A stretch of 64,000 nt of DNA, taken from NCBI RefSeq assembly GCF_035627455.1, contig NZ_DASPLS010000072.1, forward strand, positions 32,276 through 96,275, read 5' to 3'. The notes under the pieces are model-generated. The model had not been told where the DNA came from. It searched no databases and was given only the letters and a program-made list of their open reading frames with translations. Each line of letters opens with the position of its first letter. Position 1 is the stretch's first letter. Origin of the DNA: Noviherbaspirillum sp. (lineage in GTDB: Bacteria > Pseudomonadota > Gammaproteobacteria > Burkholderiales > Burkholderiaceae_D). Both the position numbers and the translations under genes were made by a program. Positions 51,667 through 62,011 of this stretch are shown one piece after another.

Positions 51667-52410
51667 TCAGCGTCCGTGTTCGAGGCGGTTGCCTATGCTT
51701 TGCGGCAAGCCTGCGGCGCGGATCTTCGCCGCGGTGGTTTCGTGGTCGTAGGGTACGCGGAAATACACCAGTTCGTTGGTCGCATCGTCGAACAAGGCGT
51801 AGCATGCGGCCGGATTGCCGTCGCGCGGCTGGCCGACCGATCCCGGCAAGACCAGCCAGCGGCGCTGCGTGCCAAGCGGAATGCTGCTGTCGCCGGTCGG
51901 CACGAAGGAAGAGACCTTGCCGGTCGGCGAGAGGTTGTATAGCGCCGGCTCGTGCACATGGCCGACGAAGGTGATGCGGCAGCGCGTCGCGTGCATGCTC
52001 TTGACCGCTTCCAGCGTGCCGTTGATGTATTCCCAGCTTTTCGGCTCGGCCGCCGTCGCATGCACGAACAGCAGGTTGTTGAACTCCTGCGTCAGCGGCA
52101 GCCGGTCGAGGAAGCGGAGCTGGCTTTCATTGAGCTGCGCCCGCGTCCATTCGATCACTTCGCGCGCGGCCGGATTCATGTTCCTGTTCGGCGCCTGGGT
52201 GGCGGCAACGTCATGGTTGCCTTGCACCGCGAACGCGCCCTGGTCGACATATTCCATCACGGTATCGACCACCCAGGCCGGATCGGCGCCGTAGCCGACG
52301 AAGTCGCCGAGGAAGGCATAGCGCTGCGCATTGCGCTCCTTCGCATGGGCGAGACAGGAGGTCAGCGCTTCGCGGTTGGCATGGATGTCGGTCAGTATGG
52401 CGATCAGCAT
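51667..52410 (-). CDS. Metallophosphoesterase (calcineurin-like)
   Basis: DIHAN, GDFVGYG, GNHD, GHVH, GSVGQPRDG. Confidence 0.93.
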   Translation of the reverse strand: MLIAILTDIHANREALTSCLAHAKERNAQRYAFLGDFVGYGADPAWVVDTVMEYVDQGAFAVQGNHDVAATQAPNRNMNPAAREVIEWTRAQLNESQLRFLDRLPLTQEFNNLLFVHATAAEPKSWEYINGTLEAVKSMHATRCRITFVGHVHEPALYNLSPTGKVSSFVPTGDSSIPLGTQRRWLVLPGSVGQPRDGNPAACYALFDDATNELVYFRVPYDHETTAAKIRAAGLPQSIGNRLEHGR

Positions 52411-52503
52411 GGCTTATGCCTCAGGATGTAAATGGGGTTTTGTTATGTTGAGACATTCCATCCTACTCCCCGATTCTTTGAGTTTGCTTACAGCCACGGC
52501 CTT

Positions 52504-52950
52504 TCAGCCCAGCGTCAGCAGGTCGTTCGCATGCCGCAGCCGCTGGGACAGCAGCCGGGCAATGTTGCGGAACAGCTTGGAAGCAATGTCCGGCAGCTTT
52601 GTGATCTGCGCCCCGTCCAGGCGCAGCAGGCGGCAATGGGTGATCGCCCTGACCGAAGCGGATCGGCTGCGGCATTCGATGAGGGACATTTCGCCGAAAC
52701 ACTCGCCCGGTCCCAGTTCCTTGATCAGTTTGTTCACCCCCAGCGAGCGCTTGTAGATCGCCGCCTTGCCGGCCAGGATGATGAACAGGTGGATATCCTG
52801 CTCGCCCTCGCGGATCGGGTATTTGCCGGCACGGCATTCGATCAGTTCCGCTTCCGTCAGCAGGCGGACGAGCTCCGCCGCCTCCAGCCCGCGGAACAGG
52901 TCGAGGCGGAGCAGCAGCTGACAGGTTTCGGGCTCGCAGTGGACGGACAT
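52504..52950 (-). CDS. Stand-alone cyclic-nucleotide-binding domain protein
   Basis: LFRGL, IREGE, GECFGEMSL..RSASV; no HTH. Confidence 0.85.
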   Translation of the reverse strand: MSVHCEPETCQLLLRLDLFRGLEAAELVRLLTEAELIECRAGKYPIREGEQDIHLFIILAGKAAIYKRSLGVNKLIKELGPGECFGEMSLIECRSRSASVRAITHCRLLRLDGAQITKLPDIASKLFRNIARLLSQRLRHANDLLTLG

Positions 52951-53003
52951 GGCTTGCTCGCGGGTTGTTTTGCGGCAAGCGTAGAGCGGATTGGCGCCAT
53001 TGT

Positions 53004-53711
53004 CTATGTCGTATGGTCGAGGAACTGCCGGTAACCGCGGGCGCGCAGTTCGCAGGCCGGGCAGCTGCCGCAGCCATAGCCCCAGTCGTGCAGCGCGCCG
53101 CGTTCGCCGAGGTAGCAGGTATGGGTGTCCGAGCGGATCAGGTCGACCAGCGGGTCGCCGCCAAGGGCGCGCGCCAGCCGCCAGGTGGCGGCCTTGTCGA
53201 TCCACATCAGCGGCGTTTCCAGCTTGAAGCGGGTGGCCATGCCGAGGTTGAGCGCGACCTGCAGCGCCTTCATCGTGTCGTCACGGCAGTCGGGATAGCC
53301 GGAGAAATCGGTTTCGCACATGCCGCCGACCAGCACATCCAGGCCCCGGCGGTAGGCCACGGTTGCCGCCACCATCATGAACAGCAGGTTGCGCCCGGGG
53401 ACGAAGGTATTCGGCAAGCCATTGGCCTGCATCGCGATTTCGACGTCCGCGGTGAGCGCGGTGTCCGAAATCTTCCCGAGCAGGCCGAGGTCGATCATGT
53501 GGTCCTCGCCCAGCCGCGCCGCCCATTCCGGCGTCAGCCTCCGCATCTTTTGCAGCAATGCCGGGCGTACCTCGAGCTCGATCGCATGCCGCTGTCCGTA
53601 GTCGAAGCCGATGGTTTCCACCTTCGCGTAGCGGGCGAGCGCCCAGGCAAGGCAGGTGGTCGAATCCTGTCCGCCGCTGAACAGGACAAGTGCGCCGTTG
53701 GGGAGAGTCAT
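53004..53711 (-). CDS. queC: 7-cyano-7-deazaguanine synthase
   Basis: [44 protein letters not shown]. Confidence 0.96.
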   Translation of the reverse strand: MTLPNGALVLFSGGQDSTTCLAWALARYAKVETIGFDYGQRHAIELEVRPALLQKMRRLTPEWAARLGEDHMIDLGLLGKISDTALTADVEIAMQANGLPNTFVPGRNLLFMMVAATVAYRRGLDVLVGGMCETDFSGYPDCRDDTMKALQVALNLGMATRFKLETPLMWIDKAATWRLARALGGDPLVDLIRSDTHTCYLGERGALHDWGYGCGSCPACELRARGYRQFLDHTT

Positions 53712-53801
53712 GGTCGTAAACAATTGCGTTGGGTGGGGGGCGGTGGGCGGCAGCGCCGCACTGACCGAAAGCCCACGCATTGTACCGCCGCCGCGACTGG
53801 T

Positions 53802-54545
53802 TTACGGCGCGGTCCTGCTCACGTTCTGCAAGGTCTGCTCGATGTAGTCGCCGTTGTCGTCGGAAAAGCGCAGCCGTGCCGGATACCATTCGAGCGCCGG
53901 CGCAAGCCAGATGTCGACATGCTGGTCGGTCGAATCCGGCTGCGGCACGCGGGTGACATGCAGCGTGTTCAGCTCGCCCAGCGGGGTACGGATCTTTTCC
54001 TGCTTGACCACGCGGAAGGTCCACGGGTCGGCGTCGCGCAGGCCGGCCACGAAGAAATTCCACGAGACCCCCGGCTTGACCCTGGAAGCCATGCCGCGCG
54101 CGACCGCCACCAGTTCCCAGATCACGCTGTTGCGGTCCTGCTCGCCGCCCTTCAGCGGATAGGTCTGCCCGGACGCGCTGAAACGGATCGTCCCGGATGC
54201 GCGATCGAAGGAGGTGGTCGTCTGCTCCCGGCGAAACCGCTTTTCCACGAAGCTGGCCGGCGCCAGGCCCCAGGCATCGATCTCGCCTTCGCTGCGCGCT
54301 TCGAGGATCTTTCCGACGAGCGCAGCGCGCGCCTGGTTGGTCACGCTGAACTTGCCGCCCTTCATCGACCAGCGCATCACCGCATCGCCCTCGACCGGAA
54401 AGCCTTTCTGTTTCGCCTTGATGGCATAGGACAGCTCCGCCGACGGCGGGAAGCTGGTCTTGTATTTCGGCGCGGCGCCGGCTGTCCCGGCCGTCAGGGC
54501 GGCGGCGAGGATGGCTGCGGCGAAGCGCGGCGTGAAATGCTTCAT
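53802..54545 (-). CDS. DUF3108-like secreted protein
   Basis: PPSAELSY, QDRNSV, TPLG, DIWLAP..WYPARLR. Confidence 0.8.
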   Translation of the reverse strand: MKHFTPRFAAAILAAALTAGTAGAAPKYKTSFPPSAELSYAIKAKQKGFPVEGDAVMRWSMKGGKFSVTNQARAALVGKILEARSEGEIDAWGLAPASFVEKRFRREQTTTSFDRASGTIRFSASGQTYPLKGGEQDRNSVIWELVAVARGMASRVKPGVSWNFFVAGLRDADPWTFRVVKQEKIRTPLGELNTLHVTRVPQPDSTDQHVDIWLAPALEWYPARLRFSDDNGDYIEQTLQNVSRTAP

Positions 54546-55678
54546 TCTGTTCCTGCGGCGGCAACGCCCGGGGCGTTGCGGTTCATTTGGGAAAGCAGCA
54601 TATCGAGATAATCCCCGTTGGCATAGGTGAAGCGCACCCGGGCCGGATACCAGTCATGCTGCGGCGTCAGCCAGAAATCGATCGTCTGGTCATGGGAATC
54701 CGACTTCGGCGCGCGCCGCAAGTGCCAGGCCGTCAATTTGCCGAGCGGCGTATCGATCTCTTCCTCTCCGACAACTTTCACGCGCCAGGTATCCGCGTTG
54801 CGCGCGCCTGCGACCACGATCTCGAAGCTGGTGCCCGGCGTCAACTGTGCGGGATCGCCGCGGCCGATGCCTGCCAGCTGCCACATGATGCTTGCGCGGT
54901 CCTGCTCGCCGCCCTTGTACGGGAACACCGCTTCCGACGCGGAGAAGGTGATCTTGCCCTGCTCGCGCTGGAAATGGGTGTTCGTCGTCGACTTGTTGCG
55001 CGGTTTTTCGGTGTAAAGCTGTGGCGCGATGCCAAACGGCGCGATCGCGCCTTCACTGCGGAAATTCAGTACGGTGAGCTTGAACAGGATGGTCACGTAC
55101 GCTTCGCCCGAGATGCTATAGCTGCCGCCGTCCGCGTTCCAGCGAAACAGGCCGTTGCCATACCATTGCTTGCCTTCGCGCAGCGCCTGCACCTCGTAGG
55201 AGAGCTCGGCCGAGGGCGGCGGGCTGAACTTCAGGTCGCCGGGCGTCGCTTCGGCTGGCGGCGGCTCGGTGAACTGCGGCTCGGGATCGGCTTCGGCGAA
55301 GGTGACGGGCGGCATCGCGGTCTCCTCCGGCGTCGCGGGCATGTCCAGAGCGCCAGCCGCCTGCACGGCGGTTGGCGCTGTCTCGGGCGGTGCGCGCCGC
55401 GGCTTCGGCTTCGGCCTGGGTTTCGGCTTTGGCGCCGCCGCAACCCGTTTCTCGGGCTGCGCCGCAACGGGCGGTGCGGGCAGCGGCGCGGGCGGCCGCA
55501 GCTGGGCCGTCACCACCTCAGGCTGCTCGTCCCGCGGCGCGGGCGCGGTGATATGCCCGTTGGCCCAGTTGTAGAGCAACAAATGCCACAGCAGCGATGC
55601 GCCCAGCAACACGGCCAGCCGCACAGGCCGGCGGGGCCGAAGCGGCAATGGCGGGGCGTGGCGGGAAGTGCTGGGCAT
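54542..55678 (-). CDS. DUF3108-like protein with N-terminal TM and Pro-rich linker
   Basis: PPSAELSY, QDRASI, DFWLTP..WYPARVR; KPKPRPKP linker. Confidence 0.8.
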   Translation of the reverse strand: MPSTSRHAPPLPLRPRRPVRLAVLLGASLLWHLLLYNWANGHITAPAPRDEQPEVVTAQLRPPAPLPAPPVAAQPEKRVAAAPKPKPRPKPKPRRAPPETAPTAVQAAGALDMPATPEETAMPPVTFAEADPEPQFTEPPPAEATPGDLKFSPPPSAELSYEVQALREGKQWYGNGLFRWNADGGSYSISGEAYVTILFKLTVLNFRSEGAIAPFGIAPQLYTEKPRNKSTTNTHFQREQGKITFSASEAVFPYKGGEQDRASIMWQLAGIGRGDPAQLTPGTSFEIVVAGARNADTWRVKVVGEEEIDTPLGKLTAWHLRRAPKSDSHDQTIDFWLTPQHDWYPARVRFTYANGDYLDMLLSQMNRNAPGVAAAGTE

Positions 55679-55829
55679 GGCGCTAGTGTATCAACCTCTC
55701 CCTTGGTCATTGAGATGCAAGACAAAGTTTAAGACCGGCAATAGGCACGAGAATGATCAAAACTGAACCTTTATCATTCTGCTCACTCACCTAATCTGTT
55801 ACGCTCCCAGTTTTCAACGGAGGCCTGCG

Positions 55830-56558
55830 ATGATGAAGCCGAATTTGCCGAATATGCCGAGCATCCCTGGCATCGGCGCGATGACGGATACCCTCGATTT
55901 CGTGAAGAACCTTTGGGGCAGCATGGGGCTGCCCGGAATGAACATGCCGGGAATGACCGGCATGAATGTGCCCGGCATCCCGGGCATGGTCATGCCGACC
56001 CTGTCGGTCGACGAGGTCAACAAGCAGATCTCCGACCTGAAGGCGGTGGAGACCTGGCTCAACCTGAACATGGGAATGCTGCGCAGCACAATCCAGGCAC
56101 TGGAAGTGCAGGCGGCGACCATCGCGACGCTGCAGACCATGGGCGAACAGTTTACGGCGACGATGAGCTCGATGACGCAGGACACCAGTCGGGCGGCGGC
56201 GTCGCCCGCCAATGGAACGTCCACGGGCAATGGCGCTTCGCAGGGCAGCAATGGCGCCGACAGTCACGGTGCCACCCGCGCCCATGCGCCGGCGCCGGAA
56301 CCGACCAGCAAGGATGAGCAGGATGCCGCGAGCCTGACGGCGCCGCTGGTCAACGCGGCGGCCTGGTGGAACATGCTGCAAGACCAGTTCAAGCAGGCGG
56401 TCAGCGGCGCAATGACGGAACCGCCGGCGGCGCCGGCCGCAAAGCCGAAGGCCAAGCCGGCGGCAAAGTCGGCGTCAAAGCCGGCGGCAAAGTCGAAAAC
56501 CTCATCGTCTTCTTCCGCATCGTCGTCCGCGCGCAAGCGCAAGAGCGGCAGCAAGTAG
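55830..56558 (+). CDS. phaM: PhaM-like PHA granule/nucleoid-associated protein
   Basis: PTLSVDEVNKQISDLKAVETWL, WWNMLQDQF, Lys/Ala-rich AAKPKAKP tail. Confidence 0.85.
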   Translation: MMKPNLPNMPSIPGIGAMTDTLDFVKNLWGSMGLPGMNMPGMTGMNVPGIPGMVMPTLSVDEVNKQISDLKAVETWLNLNMGMLRSTIQALEVQAATIATLQTMGEQFTATMSSMTQDTSRAAASPANGTSTGNGASQGSNGADSHGATRAHAPAPEPTSKDEQDAASLTAPLVNAAAWWNMLQDQFKQAVSGAMTEPPAAPAAKPKAKPAAKSASKPAAKSKTSSSSSASSSARKRKSGSK

Positions 56559-56581
56559 CCGCATGCCGGGCAAACGGCGCG

Positions 56582-57847
56582 TCAGGCGCGCCGCCTGCCC
56601 GGTTCCTGGTCCTGTTGCGGCGGCGACGCCTGCCACATCTTCAGGCGTCCGGCCATCCACACGCTGGCCAGTCCGCATCCGACCGCAAGCCACCCCACGA
56701 TGCCGTAATGCTCGACCTGGCCGAGCGGATTGCGGCTGATGATCAGTCCGGCGGCCAGCGATGCCAGTCCCGATGACATCATCTGCACCGACGCGCCAAG
56801 GCTCATGAAAGTGCCGCGCACCCGCGGCGCCGCAGCCGCGCTCACCATCGCCATGCCGGGAATCATGCGTCCCGACACCAGCACGAAGAAAATCGTCGAG
56901 TTCGCCAGCACCGCCCACCAGGGCACCGGCACCAGGTGTGTCGTCACCAGCAGCGGCACGAAGGATGCCAGCGCGACCCAGCGGAAGACGCGCAGCTTGC
57001 CGTGCCGGTCCGCCAGCTTGCCGATCGCGCGGGCGCTGAAAAAGGTGGCTGCGCCGCCTGCCAGGTACACCACCGTGATGAAGCTTTCCGAGATCCCGAC
57101 GTTGGCGGTGTAGTACAGCGCGATGTACGGGATTACCGAGAAGCTGGTCATCATCAGCAGCGACACGAAGAAATACGCGCGCAGGTGATCCGGTTCGCGC
57201 GCGACCGCCAACAGCTGGCTGAACACGTTGCCGGCGTGGCCCGCATGCAGGTGCGCGGTCAGCGACGGCAGGCGCCGCCAGCCGACGAACAGGAAGACGC
57301 CGGAAAGCAGCACGATGAAGAAAAACGGCGCGCGCCAGCCGAGCGCCGGAATGTGTTCCGCGAAGAACAGGCCGAGCGGCACGCCGGCCACCGTCGACAG
57401 GGAAAACGCCGCCATCACCGTGCCCATTGCCTGCCCGCGGCGCTCGAACGGCACCACGTCGGCCACCATCGTCTGCACCATCGCGCCGAGGATGCCGCCG
57501 AAGGCTCCGGCCAGCGCCCGCGCCACCAGCAGCGCCGCATAGTTCGGCGCCAGGCCGCAGAATAGCGTGGCGAGGATGAACAGCGCATATAGCGACAGCA
57601 TCATCGCGCGCCGGTCGAAGCGGTCGATCCAGGCGGCGGCAAGCAGGCCGGAAGCCGCGGCGGTAAATGTATAGGAAGACAGCAGCAGGCCGAACTCATG
57701 GGTGTCGATGTGCAGCGTGCGGATCAGTTGTGGTCCGAGCGGCATCATGATCATGAAATCCAGGATGTGCGTGAACTGGATGCCGGCCAGCACGAGGAGC
57801 AGCGAACGCTCCTGCTTCGGCGCGGAAATTTGCGGAGCGTGATTCAA
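56582..57847 (-). CDS. MFS transporter (DHA-like)
   Basis: FTHILDFMIMMPLGP, DRFDRR, RGQAMG; 12-TM pattern. Confidence 0.9.
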   Translation of the reverse strand: MNHAPQISAPKQERSLLLVLAGIQFTHILDFMIMMPLGPQLIRTLHIDTHEFGLLLSSYTFTAAASGLLAAAWIDRFDRRAMMLSLYALFILATLFCGLAPNYAALLVARALAGAFGGILGAMVQTMVADVVPFERRGQAMGTVMAAFSLSTVAGVPLGLFFAEHIPALGWRAPFFFIVLLSGVFLFVGWRRLPSLTAHLHAGHAGNVFSQLLAVAREPDHLRAYFFVSLLMMTSFSVIPYIALYYTANVGISESFITVVYLAGGAATFFSARAIGKLADRHGKLRVFRWVALASFVPLLVTTHLVPVPWWAVLANSTIFFVLVSGRMIPGMAMVSAAAAPRVRGTFMSLGASVQMMSSGLASLAAGLIISRNPLGQVEHYGIVGWLAVGCGLASVWMAGRLKMWQASPPQQDQEPGRRRA

Positions 57848-57946
57848 GAATGAAGCCTGCGAAGTCGGGTTGCAAAGCCGATAGCTTAGCAGTGTGCGGA
57901 AATGTTTTCCTGACGCGTCCGGTTGCCGCCCCGGCGCCGGCCGGAA

Positions 57947-59098
57947 TTACTGCAGCGTCTCGAGAAAGGCATCGATGCGTTCGAAGTGCTGCCCCCAGGT
58001 CGGCAGCGCCAGGGCGCGGCTGCGTTCGATCTGCGCGACGCGACGCGGGAAAGCCGCGTCACTGTACGCTTCGATGCGCTCGGCCCAGCCGGTGCCGTCG
58101 AGCGGATCGAGGTAATCCGGGACGTCGCCCGCGATTTCGCGGAACACCGGCAGGTCGCTGGCGATGACGGGCGTGCCAAGCTGCAGCGCCTCCGTCAGCG
58201 GCATGCCGTCACCTTCTGCAAATGACGGAAAGAGCAGCGCCCGCGCGTGACGCAGATAGGTCGACAGGTCGCGCTCGGAACAGTGCGGCAGTTCGGTGAC
58301 GACCGAGCGCAGCGATGCGCAGCGGTCGAGCAGGTCCGCAACGTTCTCGCATTCCCGGCCGCGCCGGCCGATGACGAGCAGGCGCGGTGTGCGGCGCCCC
58401 ATGCGCTGCTGCAGCCTGCGCCACGCCTGGAGCAGCAGCCAGTGGTTCTTGCGCGCCTCGATCGTGCCCAGCACCACGAAGTAGGGCTTGGCGAGCGGCG
58501 GGCGGGAGGCGGGCGCCGGCAGCAGCGCCGGCGCCGGCAGCACCGCCGCCGGCGGCATTGCCGCGCCGGTCTTGCTGGCGAAACCGGCAAGTTCGTCGAG
58601 CGTCGCCTGCGATTGGGTGATCATGCCGGCCGCACCGGCAAGCATGCCGTTCAGGCGCGCCACATGCTTGTCGCGTTCGCCCGGGCGGCAGTATTCCGGA
58701 TGGGTGACTGGAATCAGGTCAGGCACGAAGAACATCTGCTTCACGCCGAGCCGGTCGAGGTCGTTCGGATGGCAGCGCTGTTCCGGGCCAGCATGGCCGG
58801 TGTTGAACAGGAACGCGCCTTCCAGCCCGCACCGCTGGCGCGCGCACAGCACTTCCTTGCCCACCGTCAGTACGGCCGCGGCGCGAGAGCCGCTTGCCGG
58901 ATTGAGCAGCTGCGCATAAAGCAAACGCGAGGCTTGCCGCGGCAGCACGACGCTGCGCCCGCGCAGGCGGATGACCGCGTTCGCACGCGGCGCATAGTGC
59001 CTCACATATTCCCGGCTGATCCGGTCGGCCATGGCTGGCGGGCGGCCAGTGATGAAGCGGCGCAGCAGGCGCGTGACGTCGATCAGAATTTCTTGCAT
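57947..59098 (-). CDS. Group 1 (GT4) glycosyltransferase resembling capsule-locus enzymes
   Basis: LIDVTRLL, DLIPVTHPEY, LGTIEARKNH, FPSFAEG..P..EA, ASDLPVFRE. Confidence 0.85.
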   Translation of the reverse strand: MQEILIDVTRLLRRFITGRPPAMADRISREYVRHYAPRANAVIRLRGRSVVLPRQASRLLYAQLLNPASGSRAAAVLTVGKEVLCARQRCGLEGAFLFNTGHAGPEQRCHPNDLDRLGVKQMFFVPDLIPVTHPEYCRPGERDKHVARLNGMLAGAAGMITQSQATLDELAGFASKTGAAMPPAAVLPAPALLPAPASRPPLAKPYFVVLGTIEARKNHWLLLQAWRRLQQRMGRRTPRLLVIGRRGRECENVADLLDRCASLRSVVTELPHCSERDLSTYLRHARALLFPSFAEGDGMPLTEALQLGTPVIASDLPVFREIAGDVPDYLDPLDGTGWAERIEAYSDAAFPRRVAQIERSRALALPTWGQHFERIDAFLETLQ

Positions 59099-59280
59099 GG
59101 CGGTCAAAGAGAGAAACGTGACAACACTCTCCGGGCGTGGCGGGATGCACGACGAAGATGATGAGTTCGAGAGGTTTCTTATACTCAACACTCGCGGTGT
59201 TGGACGCCCAAAATACGCTTTTGTTCTGCAAGGAAAGCTTTTCCAGACGAGAAAAATGTTGCCGCGCGATGTTTGGCAGC

Positions 59281-60461
59281 CTACTTGCGCCGCAGAATCA
59301 GCAATCCGAGCGCGAGCGCGGCAAACAGGGCGTCGGCATGGAAGGTCGTCGCGGCAACGAAACGATCCCACAGTACGCCCGCGAAGACGCTTGCCAGCAG
59401 CATCGCGACGACGCTAGAGATTGAAAAGCCCGAAGGCCGTGCCGCGCAATTGCGCCAGCGCCGTATCGGCGACCATTGCCGAGAGCAGGCCGTGCGTTGC
59501 TGCCATGTGCAGTCCCCAGCACACCAGGCCGGCGCCGACCCACGGCAGTTGAGTGCTATGCGCCAGCAGCAGGTCGGCAAGCAGCAGCGGTGCGATACCC
59601 GCCATCAGCAGGCGGCGGTGCGGCAGCGTATCCGCGAGCCTGCCGAGAGGATAGGCGCCTGCCGAATACACCACGTTCATCAGCACCAGCACCAGCGGCG
59701 CCAGCGCCAGCGGCAGGCCGCCCTGGTGCGCCCGCAGCACGAGGAAGGCTTCCGAGAATCGCGCCAGCGTCAGCGCCGCGCCCGCCAGCACCACCCGCCA
59801 GGAAGCCGCGGGCAGCAGGCGCAGCGCCTTGCGCGAAATGGGAAAGGGGGCCGCCGGCGCGGGCCTGGGCCGCTCCGGTTCGCGCACGCCGACGATCAGC
59901 AGCACCGCGAGCATGCCGGGAATTGCCGCCACCCAGAATACGGCGCGGAAATCGTTTGCCCACAGGAGCATCAGGCCCATCGCGAGCAGCGGGCCGAGGA
60001 AGGCGCCTGCCGTATCGAGCGACTGGCGCAAGCCGAACGCGGCGCCGCGCATCGAGGGGCGGTGACGTCGGCGATCAGCGCGTCGCGCGGGGGCCGCAGA
60101 TGCCCTTGCCGATCCGGTCCAGGAAGCGCGCACCGAGCACCCAGCCGGCGCCCGCTGCCAGCGCGAACAACGGTTTGGTCGCCGCGCCGAGGCCGTAACC
60201 GAGCACCGCGAGCCATTTGCGCTTGCCGATCCAGTCGCTGATTACTCCCGAAAAGACCTTCGTGATCTGTGCCGTCGCTTCCGCCACGCCTTCGACTATC
60301 CCCACCGTCATGGCACTTGTTCCGAGGACAACGGTCATAAATAGTGGCAGAAGGCTATGGACCATCTCTGACGAAATGTCCATCAATAGACTGACAAAGC
60401 CGAGTGCCCGGACGGTGGATGGAATGCGCGCCGGCGCAACGGGGTAGACCTTGTTATCCAT
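59281..60461 (-). pseudogene. MFS transporter pseudogene with three frameshifts
   Basis: Segments in different frames: LGFVSLLMDISSEM..DRIGKGI / PRDALIADVT / RGAAFGLRQSLD..GTAFGLFNL* / SVVAMLLASVFAGVLWD. Confidence 0.85.
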
Positions 60462-60609
60462 ATCTTTGCTGTAGGGCGTGCGTGCGCGGCGCGCATTGCT
60501 GAACTGTGGCGAAGCCGCCGTCCGGGTCGGCTGCGGAAATTCTGCCGGTTCACGGGGATCGCTGTTTTCCTGCTAAAATCAACAACTTATTACATATCGA
60601 AGGTGCGTG

Positions 60610-61467
60610 ATGCTGTACCCAGAACTATTCAAATCGTTGGAACAAGTCCGCTGGAACATGGAAAAGGATATTCCTTGGGACAAGTTCGATGCGTCCAAGC
60701 TGTCAGACGAACAAGCACAAACCATACGGATGAACGCCATCACCGAATGGTCAGCGCTTCCCGCCACTGAAATGTTTTTGCGTGACAATCGCGGCGACAG
60801 CGACTTTTCCGCCTTCATGTCGGTCTGGTTCTTTGAAGAGCAGAAGCATTCGCTGGTTCTGATGGAATACCTGCGCCGCTTCCGCCCGGAACTGGTGCCG
60901 ACCGAAGCGGAATTGCATAATGTGCGCTTCGAGTTCGACCCGGCGCCGCCGCTCGAAACCCTGATGTTGCATTTCTGCGGTGAAATCCGCCTCAACCACT
61001 GGTACCGCTGCGCATCCGAGTGGCACACCGAACCGGTGATCAAGCACATCTACCGCGTGATCAGCCAGGACGAGGCGCGCCACGGTGGCGCCTACCTGCG
61101 CTACATGAAGAAGGCGCTGTCCGAGGTCGGCGACAGCGCTCGCGCCGCGTTCGCCAAGATCGGCGTGCTGATGGCATCGGCACGCCGTACCGACAAGCCG
61201 CTGCATCCCACCAATCTGCATGTGAACCAGGCACTGTTCCCGAATGATACCGTGCAGAGCCGGCTGCCCGATCCGAACTGGCTGGAGCGCTGGCTCGACG
61301 GCCAGATCAACTTCGACGGCGAATGGGAAAAGAAGGTGGTCGACCGCATCCTGCACAACATGTCGCTGCTGTTCGAGCGCACCTTCGAATCGGTGCAGGA
61401 CCTGAACCGCTACCGCAAGGAAATCACGGCGCGGCTGGGACAGGCCAATCCGCAGCCTGCCTCCTGA
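60610..61467 (+). CDS. Ferritin-like diiron-carboxylate protein (acyl-ACP desaturase-like)
   Basis: ITEWS, EEQKH, CGEIR, DEARH (E..ExxH twice). Confidence 0.82.
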   Translation: MLYPELFKSLEQVRWNMEKDIPWDKFDASKLSDEQAQTIRMNAITEWSALPATEMFLRDNRGDSDFSAFMSVWFFEEQKHSLVLMEYLRRFRPELVPTEAELHNVRFEFDPAPPLETLMLHFCGEIRLNHWYRCASEWHTEPVIKHIYRVISQDEARHGGAYLRYMKKALSEVGDSARAAFAKIGVLMASARRTDKPLHPTNLHVNQALFPNDTVQSRLPDPNWLERWLDGQINFDGEWEKKVVDRILHNMSLLFERTFESVQDLNRYRKEITARLGQANPQPAS

Positions 61468-61490
61468 ACGCCGGTCTGGGTTAAAGTACG

Positions 61491-61519
61491 AGCCGCAAGC
61501 ATTCCGCTTGCGGCTTTTT
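61491..61519 (+). terminator. Rho-independent terminator-like hairpin
   Basis: AGCCGCAAGC/GCTTGCGGCT plus T-run. Confidence 0.65.
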
Positions 61520-61529
61520 CATTTTCAGC

Positions 61530-62006
61530 ATGCCGACTTTCGAGAAAAAAATCTGCGCGCGCGCCGAGCTCCGGCAGCGGACCGCCCAACTGCCCGGGCC
61601 GGTGGTGCTCACCAACGGCGTCTTCGACATCCTGCACCGCGGCCACGTGACCTACCTCGCGCAGGCGCGCGAACTCGGTGCCTCGCTGGTGGTCGCAGTC
61701 AATACCGACGCCTCGGTCAGGCGGCTGGGCAAGGGCGAGGACCGGCCGATCAACACCTGCGAGGACCGCATGGCGATACTCGCCGCGCTGGAAGCGGTGA
61801 GCATGGTGGTGCCGTTTGACGAAGACACCGCGCTTGAAGTGGTGCAGGAAGCGCGTCCGGACATCTATGTGAAAGGCGGCGACTACGACATGGCCGCGAT
61901 CCCGGAGGGAAAAGCAGTGCTTGCCTATGGCGGGCGCGCGCTTGCCATCGATTTCGAACACGACCGCTCGACCACCAAGCTGCTGTCGAAGGTCCGCAGG
62001 AGCTGA
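61530..62006 (+). CDS. rfaE2: D-glycero-beta-D-manno-heptose 1-phosphate adenylyltransferase (RfaE domain II)
   Basis: TNGVFDILHRGH, NTDASVRRLGKG, VKGGDY, STT. Confidence 0.9.
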   Translation: MPTFEKKICARAELRQRTAQLPGPVVLTNGVFDILHRGHVTYLAQARELGASLVVAVNTDASVRRLGKGEDRPINTCEDRMAILAALEAVSMVVPFDEDTALEVVQEARPDIYVKGGDYDMAAIPEGKAVLAYGGRALAIDFEHDRSTTKLLSKVRRS

Positions 62007-62011
62007 CCGAC

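Noticed and set aside
53712-53801. preQ1 riboswitch upstream of queC
   Set aside because: No preQ1 stem or A-rich tail pattern seen.
55900-56000. Repeated CCGGG(A/C)ATG units in phaM
   Set aside because: They encode the PGM low-complexity peptide repeat; not a DNA-level element.
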